Source: a virus
Lineage: Duplodnaviria; Heunggongvirae; Uroviricota; Caudoviricetes
DNA: 12,213 nucleotides
Direction: 5' to 3' (one strand)
Virus record (IMG/VR): IMGVR_UViG_3300028857_000005
Span: 64,001 to 76,213 of that record
The notes beneath the pieces were generated by a model that saw nothing but the letters and a program-made list of their open reading frames with translations, was not told where the DNA came from and ran no database searches. The translations under genes and the position numbers were made by a program. This document shows positions 1-7,900 of the stretch, in pieces; position 1 is the stretch's first letter, and each line of letters opens with the position of its first letter.

Positions 1-3000
1 CGCTTGTTCGGAGTATCGTATCCAACGGAGTAAACGGATGAGTCCGTAGAGAAGTTCTGGTCGAAGAATGAATTGGAAGAGCCGTCCTTCGAGATTACCA
101 GTCCTGTTCCGTAGTATGTGATCTTGGAGCCTGACTTGGAGAACCTTGTACGCAAGTGGACCTGACCATTGAATGGGGTGATCTTGAATCCATAGTTTAC
201 CCATGTCCAGTCCGTACCCACGGAAACCGCTCCGCTGAATGTCTCTGAGGAGTACCACTTGCCCTTGGTCTTGTGACGCCACTCGTTGGAGCGACGTAGA
301 CCAATCTGCATCTTTGTCTTGGAAGAAGCCTTAACCCATAGTCCTACACGGACGTAATTGTCTGCCATAGTCACAGGCAGTGAAGTGTTGTAGGCGTCAC
401 TTCCTAGTGTAGGAGCATTGTCACCATAAGAGCCATCACCAGCTAGGAGCCATCCTCTATCTGAGTAGGCCGTTCCCTTCATGTACGTACTCGAAGTGAA
501 GGTCTTGATATTGGTTGTCTTCACATATGCGTCTTGGGAAACAAAGGCTTGGGTTGCCCTTCCTCCATGTGTCTTGGTAGTGGAATATACCTTTGGCTTC
601 CAACGTCCTACCGCTGCCGCTGGGTCATTGATTGCCCTTGGGTTCTGGGCAAAGTTCGCAGAGAGAACAGACCTTGCGCCTGCGGTCTTCATACGAGGGT
701 TCTTGAATTCATTCTTCCTATCAATGACAACAGTGCCACCGGCAAGAACGGCATCCAAATCCTTGAATGTCTTGTTTGTTCCGCTAAAAGTAAAGGTGAT
801 ATCCTGCGCTGTTGATGTAGCAGACTTAATCTCGTCACTATTCAGGGTGACGGTTGCCCCAGCATCATCCTTGTAGGAGAAATGAATTGCGCTCAGATCA
901 TCAACAAAGGTATAAGTCGTCTTTCGAATATCGAACTTGAACTCATTATCTCCAACCCAAGAAACGCTCACAACTCCATTGATGTTTGGAATGGCGGTTG
1001 AAGTCTCGAAATTGACATTGGTCAACGTTGTTCCAATGGCGTAGCCGGGATTAGTTCCATCCACCAAGGTCACAAGAGCCACACCAGTTGAATCAATACT
1101 GATGGACTTGATAGCCGCCAATGGCAATGGGGATGTTCCCGCTGACGCGGTGATAGCTGCGGTATCAGGATAAGGTGCCGAGAATGTGTATGGAACCGTG
1201 ATAAGGTCATAGTAGACATCGTTGACATCTACACGCTTGACAGGGTATGACCCATTGATGTCAGCATTGTCTGTTGGGAACTCTGTAACAGTAATGGTAT
1301 CACCTACGGCAATGATCTTTGGTGTGTCTACTAGGGTAAGCTTTACCTCATTGGATGTGACTACCGCCGCAGAAACCTTACCCAAGGTAACCTCATGGTT
1401 GACATCCTCGAATGAGTAATCCTCTGTTGCTCCGGTGAGAGCCTGTAGCTCCATGAAGTATCCGTGATTCTTCACTGGGTCAACAAGAATACCGAGGCCA
1501 CCACCGCCACCAGAAATTGTCAAGTCAGCGTTTGGTGTAGTCATGTAAGGCTTGGTGAGAATTTCAGAACCAATTGGCTCCTGTGATCCCGTGCTCAGGA
1601 TTTCACCAATGATACGCATACGTGTACCGAAACTTGTGGGCACGGCGTCTAGCTTCTTGTGTACATAACTAACATGGTCACGTCCCTGATTTGCACCAGA
1701 GAGAATCATTGCAGAAGATTGTAGCTTATCAACATCATTTGCCGTAGTCACACGGGAAAGAGGGTTGTTGATTTCGCTGGACACGCTGCTGAAAGTGGAA
1801 GCTGTGGATTGTGCTGTGACACCATTGGACACGTAGCCTGCTCCATTGTCAGTTGACAAGGACTGTGGATAATTCACCACTGATGATAGTGTGAAGAGGT
1901 AGTTGCTGTTCTGGTACATTCCGTTGAGGCTGCTTACCCAATCCTCAGTGAGACCTTCGTGGTGGTCAACAATTTCAGTGTTGAACTTTCCACGACCATG
2001 TTCGGAAACGGTACCTTCTACAAGTGAAGTGTTTCCATAATCATCCGTGTCTGTGTATGGTTGTGCGTAGATGCGCAACATTCCTGTTGGGTAAATCTTG
2101 CCATTGAATGGCAATCCAAGGAAGTAGTTCTGGTACTCATCGGCAGACTGAATCCACACATCGCCTGTTCCGGTAACGCTGAACTGCACTGCATCATAGT
2201 GAATGATTTCACCATTGGCCCAAAGATATCCATTGTATGAAGAGAAGTAGTTTGCGGACTCTCCCACGCTGATAAGGTTGTCCGTGACAACTCCACCAAC
2301 AACCTGTGGGACTGTTGTTGTCAGTGGTGCGCTCAATGGGAATGCACTGAGGGTGAACTCGGACTGCTTCTCTACCGCATCGTTCTGGGACTTTACGTTA
2401 TCCTGACCGGTTGCCTCCCATACCATGACGGGGGAGTAAATCCATTCCTTGTCCTTGTCACCATAAAGGCTCTGGGACAGTCTGCTTGTGCGCTGAATGT
2501 AACGCTTGGTGAAGGTTACCTCTCCATTGTTATAGAGTTCCCTTTCGGAAGAAGACACGTCCTTGATGTTTGCAAGGGCACCGTCCTTATCTGTACCGCG
2601 CAAAACGAGGTCAGTGCTGCGAACATTTGCGTCAGGCAATACATATGCTGGGAATGCAATAACGAGAACATTGCGCTCATCAAAATACATTGCAGTTTGG
2701 GTTGCCTCTGACAATGCAGACATAACATCGGCAACAGACATGTCTGGCGAAACAAAGAAATAGGGAATGAATGGCTCATCCACATTTGGGATACGAAGGA
2801 ATGAATACTTTTCATATCCGATGCTATCAAGCAATACCATGATTGCACGGCTGAGGGAAACATTCTCAAGGACTAGCTGTGGTGCAGTTGCACGCTCAAG
2901 GATGAAGAATTCATCACGAAGCTCAAAGCTTGTCGTCGTTGGCTCGTCAATGATCCTTGGTGCTTCTTCTGCATAAAGGGTCTTAATGGGAACATTGTAC

Positions 3001-4382
3001 TTGTACCCGCCAACATTATAGATGGTCTCAGAGAAGTCGAACTTGATTTCCTGACCAAGGTACTTGGCGATAACGCTTCCCTTGCCAGTTGACAGGTCAA
3101 GCGCGAAGGATTCTGAGAGAGCGAAGTCATTGTTGCTGAGGTCTACGCTGCCCGTGCCCGCACGGAGGGCACCTACTGGAAGTGGGGACTGGCTTAGGTC
3201 ACCCATTGTCTTTGTCACAGAGAAGCTGATGGCTCTTTCTGTGAGGTCGAATACTAGCCTAGGGCTAAGCTCGATCAGATCAAAGGTTGTGTTGGGTAGG
3301 TTCATCGTGTCAACAACGATACGCATTCCCTTGAACCAGTCGAACTCACGGAATGCGATGTAGCTACCGTTGGTGAAGCTGGGAGGATCGATGAGATTCT
3401 TGATGACGTGGCTTGAGTTTACGTCAGACCATCCGTAGGATACGTTGGAAATAAGGTTCCACTCTCCGTCCTTGAGAACGTAGAGGGTTCCCTTGTCGCT
3501 GCCCACGATAAATGCGTCACCATTATCGTGATCCGCAGGATTTGGCAAAAGAAACGCAGACTCAAGTTCTCCGATAAGTTCGAAGTTATCCGCATAGCTT
3601 GAGTCAAGCATGAGTCCATAGCCAAGCTCGACATATCCGTCCGCTGGGACGTTGCCGTTAAACGTGTACACAGTTTCCCACATCTCGTCCCTAAGAACCT
3701 GAACCTTGAAAGACTTGGGGGTCTTGCTATTTGACGCACCGTAGAATGGGTCAACAACAATGCTGGGGTCAAGGCGCTCTGTTCCCACATGAGTCTGCAT
3801 CTTAATTACGATACGATTGGCGCTCAATGTTTCGTTGTAGACAACGAACGGAGCAGTGTCATCAATATTACCGTCCGAACGTGAAACTCCATGAGCAATT
3901 GGAAGACCGGCAAGATCAAGTCCCTTTGTCCTGTAGCTCGTCCAGTACTTGAATGGGTCTCTACGGGAGGATACATAATACCTTGGGCGTAGGGCGCTGA
4001 GCTTGTCATCGATGAACTGACCGTCCATGAACATAAGCTTGTTGATTCCAGAGCGAGGACGGTGGTGTGCAAACACGTCCTGAATTGGGTAGAGCTTGGG
4101 TAGCTGGGAATCTACCTTGTGGAGAACTCGCTCTCCAACATCTTCTGCGTCACCAGACTGCAATACGTTTGTCTCGTAGCTTACAGTGGAGTCGATTGTC
4201 TGCACATCAGATTCAGAGTAGAAAGAACTTGGCTGCACACCCTTCGCAGGGTCGCAAATGTAGTTTCCGATACGCTCAATACGACCAAGGTCATTCAGGT
4301 TGATTTCACCGATAACCTTTGGCAGTGACCTTACTGTATGAGCAGTTTCAAGGTGCTTCTGCAATGCTGGTGCTTTGAACAA
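1..4382 (-). CDS. Large tail tip / baseplate hub-central fibre protein (Tal/gpJ-like position), at least 1460 aa, 3' end truncated by the window edge
   Basis: Hand translation from TTG at 4382-4380 is open to position 3: MFKAPALQKHLETAHTVRSLPKVIGEINLNDLGRIERIGNY...RPRSGINK...RPRYY...FKYWTSYRT...FDLIELSPRLV...LPVGAL...WANGEIIHYDAV...LPFNGKIYPTG...FGTRMRIIG...FFDQNFSTDSSVYSVGYDTPNK. A GGAGG RBS lies 8 nt upstream and the start directly abuts the previous stop. The ORF is well supported; the product is inferred from position, size and beta-rich composition. Confidence 0.85.
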   Translation of the reverse strand, partial: MFKAPALQKHLETAHTVRSLPKVIGEINLNDLGRIERIGNYICDPAKGVQPSSFYSESDVQTIDSTVSYETNVLQSGDAEDVGERVLHKVDSQLPKLYPIQDVFAHHRPRSGINKLMFMDGQFIDDKLSALRPRYYVSSRRDPFKYWTSYRTKGLDLAGLPIAHGVSRSDGNIDDTAPFVVYNETLSANRIVIKMQTHVGTERLDPSIVVDPFYGASNSKTPKSFKVQVLRDEMWETVYTFNGNVPADGYVELGYGLMLDSSYADNFELIGELESAFLLPNPADHDNGDAFIVGSDKGTLYVLKDGEWNLISNVSYGWSDVNSSHVIKNLIDPPSFTNGSYIAFREFDWFKGMRIVVDTMNLPNTTFDLIELSPRLVFDLTERAISFSVTKTMGDLSQSPLPVGALRAGTGSVDLSNNDFALSESFALDLSTGKGSVIAKYLGQEIKFDFSETIYNVGGYKYNVPIKTLYAEEAPRIIDEPTTTSFELRDEFFILERATAPQLVLENVSLSRAIMVLLDSIGYEKYSFLRIPNVDEPFIPYFFVSPDMSVADVMSALSEATQTAMYFDERNVLVIAFPAYVLPDANVRSTDLVLRGTDKDGALANIKDVSSSERELYNNGEVTFTKRYIQRTSRLSQSLYGDKDKEWIYSPVMVWEATGQDNVKSQNDAVEKQSEFTLSAFPLSAPLTTTVPQVVGGVVTDNLISVGESANYFSSYNGYLWANGEIIHYDAVQFSVTGTGDVWIQSADEYQNYFLGLPFNGKIYPTGMLRIYAQPYTDTDDYGNTSLVEGTVSEHGRGKFNTEIVDHHEGLTEDWVSSLNGMYQNSNYLFTLSSVVNYPQSLSTDNGAGYVSNGVTAQSTASTFSSVSSEINNPLSRVTTANDVDKLQSSAMILSGANQGRDHVSYVHKKLDAVPTSFGTRMRIIGEILSTGSQEPIGSEILTKPYMTTPNADLTISGGGGGLGILVDPVKNHGYFMELQALTGATEDYSFEDVNHEVTLGKVSAAVVTSNEVKLTLVDTPKIIAVGDTITVTEFPTDNADINGSYPVKRVDVNDVYYDLITVPYTFSAPYPDTAAITASAGTSPLPLAAIKSISIDSTGVALVTLVDGTNPGYAIGTTLTNVNFETSTAIPNINGVVSVSWVGDNEFKFDIRKTTYTFVDDLSAIHFSYKDDAGATVTLNSDEIKSATSTAQDITFTFSGTNKTFKDLDAVLAGGTVVIDRKNEFKNPRMKTAGARSVLSANFAQNPRAINDPAAAVGRWKPKVYSTTKTHGGRATQAFVSQDAYVKTTNIKTFTSSTYMKGTAYSDRGWLLAGDGSYGDNAPTLGSDAYNTSLPVTMADNYVRVGLWVKASSKTKMQIGLRRSNEWRHKTKGKWYSSETFSGAVSVGTDWTWVNYGFKITPFNGQVHLRTRFSKSGSKITYYGTGLVISKDGSSNSFFDQNFSTDSSVYSVGYDTPNK
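933..1379 (-). repeat. Two diverged protein-level repeats of about 57-60 aa in the tail tip protein (1379-1209 and 1112-933)
   Basis: KVSAAVVTSNEVKLTLVDTPKIIAVGDTITVTEFPTDNADINGSYPVKRVDVNDVYY versus IKSISIDSTGVALVTLVDGTNPGYAIGTTLTNVNFETSTAIPNINGVVSVSWVGDNEFKF. Shared pattern: TLVD, A(V/I)G.T(I/L)T, F.T, ING...V..V..N. Confidence 0.7.
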
Positions 4383-4955
4383 TTAAACTTCCTCCAACGC
4401 CAAATCAATGTCCCAGAAATCATAACGACCACGGTTGCCAAGCGTCATACCAAAGCTTGTGAAAGACATCAGCCTCTCTTCAACGTATCGTTGACCAAGC
4501 CTTGCGTTGACAATACCATCGTCATATGACAGATAAACATAGAAAGGCTCTGGATGTCCATTATACCAGTCGCGCAAAAGCCATGCCGGTGCTGCATTAT
4601 CCGCAAGGAACATTGCTCCAATTGGTCTCTGCATACCGTTGGCATAATCCTGACCACCTTCTGCCAGACGTGATGGGAGGTTGTCCCACGATGTCTGCAA
4701 GGTGACCTTGTCTGCTGTCCAATACGACCTAGACGTTCCGTTGATCATTCGAGCCTTGGCTTCGATCCTATCAAATCCATACTGGATTGGCTTACGTCCA
4801 TGGTCTGGGAGAATGATGGCTTGCATCACTCCCTCATTCAAATCTGTTGGTGCGACATACTCATCGGTGCCGCTGTCAAAAGTGAACTTGCGGTCTGAAA
4901 AAATTGCAGCTTGGGGGCGCTGAAAAGTCTTCCTTGCTGCGAGTGTGTATGTCAT
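4383..4955 (-). CDS. 190-aa tail protein, probable distal tail protein (Dit-like)
   Basis: ORF track entry with an AGGAG RBS 6 nt upstream and an ATGA overlap with the TMP stop. It lies directly after the TMP. The motif RIEAKARMINGTSRSYWTADKVTLQTSWDNLP resembles small Dit-type tail proteins from memory. Function is inferred mainly from synteny. Confidence 0.7.
   Translation of the reverse strand: MTYTLAARKTFQRPQAAIFSDRKFTFDSGTDEYVAPTDLNEGVMQAIILPDHGRKPIQYGFDRIEAKARMINGTSRSYWTADKVTLQTSWDNLPSRLAEGGQDYANGMQRPIGAMFLADNAAPAWLLRDWYNGHPEPFYVYLSYDDGIVNARLGQRYVEERLMSFTSFGMTLGNRGRYDFWDIDLALEEV
4391..4395 (-). promoter_or_regulatory. Shine-Dalgarno GGAGG for the large tail tip gene
   Basis: GGAGG-AAGTTTAA-TTG, 8-nt spacer, embedded in the final LEEV* codons of the 190-aa gene. 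Confidence 0.75.
4560..4568 (-). promoter_or_regulatory. Possible internal extended -10 (TGGTATAAT) inside the 190-aa gene
   Basis: Perfect TGnTATAAT about 180 nt upstream of the TTG start. It is also simply the codons Trp-Tyr-Asn, so it may be chance. Confidence 0.3.
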
Positions 4956-7900
4956 GACCTACTCCTAATCTGACCGCGCTGGGCTTCCTTAATAGTATAC
5001 ATTACCTTGCCAGCGATTTCATCTGCTGTTGCAGTTGAGCCGAATCCGCTTACAGTCAAGTTGTACTCATTGTAGGTGTCACCACTGGTGCTACCGTTTA
5101 CGGCAGGAGCCATGACAGGAACTGCTGTTGTGATTTCTGGGGCTGACCAATCACGGTAGAAGCTTCCCATGTTTCCACTCAATGCTGCCTTGTTAAGAGC
5201 AAGCAGACGCTTTGTCTCATACTTGTTCTGGCTCAAAGCCTCACCAACAGTAACGCCTTCCCCAGAACGTAGCATGGCAGGAACATTGTCACCGTGAGTT
5301 ACTCCACGGAATCCCGGTAGAATACCTCCTCTTGCAGCGGTGAAGGACTTGCCATTCAAGGTGTAGACCATCTCGCCCTTTACCTTCTTGGCTGTGATCT
5401 TAACCTGCTTGTGTTCTGGGTCAACGCTGATCTGGGTAATGATGTGCTTCTTTACGTCGTTGTCCAGTGCCTCGGAAATCTTGCGAGCGATAGTGGAGTA
5501 ATCTCCCTTTACGTTCTTTCCGTTGATCTTGGAGGTTCCCTCAATGTCGTTCTTTGTTACTACCTTGGCATTTCCAAATGTCTCAGAGACGTACTGGGCT
5601 GCTTCACCGGGACTGTTGAAGACCTTGATTGCGCCATTCTTGTCCTTGGTGACCATACCCATTTCAATCTTCTTCTGGAACTTTGCCGCCTTGAGCTTAG
5701 CCTCAAGCTCCTTAAGGTCTGCTAGAGCCTTCTGTAGAGCCTTGCTGCTTGAACCAAGTGCCGTTCCAATTCCGCCTGCTGCGCCACCGGCTGCCTTTGA
5801 CCTGTCGAACAATGTCTTCATTGCATTATTGATCTTGTTTGCATAGTCAAGCTGCTTGCGCTTCTGGTCAATGACTGCCTTCTCGCGGGCGATCTGCTGC
5901 TGGACATCTCCGAGGATGTCTGCAAGCAAGTCGCGCTGACGCTCAAGAGGCTTGATCTTCTCATCCTGAATCTTCTTGATCTTCTGCTCAATGTCGTAAA
6001 TCTGGTTGTCAAGGTCACGCAACGCTGGTGCGTACTTGTCAATCTGATCCTGCCAGAACTGAACCCTTGTATCGCGCTCGAACGTAAGCTGACGAATGCG
6101 CTCAGAGTTGTTTGCAATGCTGTTTGCAATTCCCTGTAGCTCAAGCTTGTAGTTGTCTTCAATGAGAGTGCGCTGTTGTGTCAAAGCTGCTAGCTGGCGA
6201 TTAAGAGCGTCAACGCCCCTATCCATAGCGTCCTTGCGCTTTGAAAGCAAATCGTTCTGTGCGTTAAGGGCATCTGACTGTGCCTGTAGCTCGTCGCGCT
6301 GTCCCGTCATACCTGCGGTCTGTAGTTGACTTGCACCGCCTGCTGCACTGGACTGGGACTCAAGCATTGCTGCTGCGGCTGCGCCAGCATCACCGGAAGA
6401 CAACGCAGAAGCTAGACCAAGCTGGGACTGCTTCTGTGCGGCAAGAATGTCATTGAGTGTCTTGACATCTTCAAGAGCAGAAATCTGGTCGTCAATTGCC
6501 TGAACCTGCTTGTCGATAAGCTCAGCATTAAGAGAGTTCTTCTCCATCTGGTCATCGAGAAGCTTGCCCTGTACTTCTGCTGCATACTGGGCTACATCAA
6601 TCTGGTTCTGTAGAGCAGAAGTCTGTAGGTCAATTCCCTGTAGTTGCTTGTCTCTTGTTGCTTCAAGGGTTGCCTGCTGTCCTTCGAGCAACGTGTTGGC
6701 ACGCTCAAGTGGCTTTGTCTGGGCAGCGTATCCCTCATTGATCTTATCAATTTCCTGCTGCCATTCGGTGATCTGACGATTAATCTTATCCTGCTTGTCG
6801 TGTAGAACGTCAAGCCTGTCATTAAGAGGGTCAACCTGATTGCGGTTGATATCCTCAATCGTCTCATCGATCTGCTGCATTGCGTATTCAACGTCGGCAG
6901 AATTCTTGACAGTTACCTTGAGTCCGTTGATTTCAACAGTCTTGCCACCCCAACGCTGATCCATGGCGTGCTGAATCTTGGAATCCTCGGTGCGGTCAAT
7001 CTTTACCTCTTGGATATCCAGACGTGCGTTAGCCTTGGCAATAGCGTCAGACTTCTTGTCATACTTGGACTTAGGTGCTGATCCTCCACCACCGCCGCCG
7101 CCTCCACCGGAGCCTGCCTTCTTCTTGGCTGGCTTCTTTGTAAGGCTTGTGATCTGATTCTTCTTGGCTGCAATCTGTGCCTCAATGGTTCCAATGTTTG
7201 CGGTGCCATTAACGACAGGATTATTCTGTGCTGCTGCTGCAAGAACATTCAGTGCTGCTGTAGCAACGCCAGCGTTACCCGCTGCGCTCAATAGTGCATT
7301 GTTGATGTCAGTTGGGTCAGCGCCAGACATTACGGCATTAAGGGTAGCTGCCGCAACCGCTGCGTCATTAAGAACTGGAAGGTTGTACTGTAGTTGAACT
7401 CCCATTCCCTGAACTGCATTTGTGTATGCATCAGCCTGTGCCGCAGCATCCGTTGGGAATGCCTGCTGAACACTATTCTTGATTGCTAGGAATCCCTCTT
7501 GGAACTGCTGCTGATCAATAAGTCCAGCACCGAGGAACTTGTTGAGGTCTTCTGCGGACTGCTGAACAATAGAGCCTGAGCCAGCCTTGGTTTGAGCTTC
7601 CTCAGACCTGATAGCCTCAATGTTCTTCTTGTACTTTGCGATACTCTCAAGGGTCTTCTGATCGTATCCACCCTTGATCTTGATGCCATTCTTCTTGGCT
7701 TCCTCAATAAGCTTTTCCTGATCGGCAACCTTCTTGGCTGCCGTTGCTGCTGCCTCAAATCCCGGTGCCATGTTCTTCTGGATCAATTGAGCGACAGACC
7801 TGATCTTGCCCTTTGGATCAAGGGCGGTGCCTAGATCGTCACCAATCTTCTTGAAGATGTTCTGACGGTTTACTTCGTTAGCCATCTGCTCAACAATGGA

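Noticed and set aside
1-1410. Intein or self-splicing element as the explanation for the apparent insert in the tail tip protein
   Set aside because: No intein N-terminal or His-Asn C-terminal splice motifs and no LAGLIDADG block seen. The whole ORF has only one Cys, near its N-terminus.
3015-3020. TATAAT on the minus strand
   Set aside because: No TG extension or -35, and it lies deep inside a gene with no downstream start nearby.
1-4382. Stop-codon recoding, frameshift or pseudogene as the reason no long ORF is listed here
   Set aside because: The frame is fully open in the standard code and simply runs off the window edge. TAA and TGA act as normal stops for the adjacent genes.
481-4923. 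Short plus-strand ORFs and alternative-frame minus-strand ORFs over the tail tip and Dit-like genes (e.g. 481-876, 2018-2302, 2516-2869, 3419-3790)
   Set aside because: All lie inside long, well-supported genes, give no recognisable protein and have no convincing RBS that I noticed. They are expected shadows of codon bias.
5380-7745. Recurring CTTCTTGGCT-type 10-12-mers
   Set aside because: They simply encode Ala-Lys-Lys with the preferred GCC/AAG codons and are irregularly spaced; this is not a repeat array or CRISPR.
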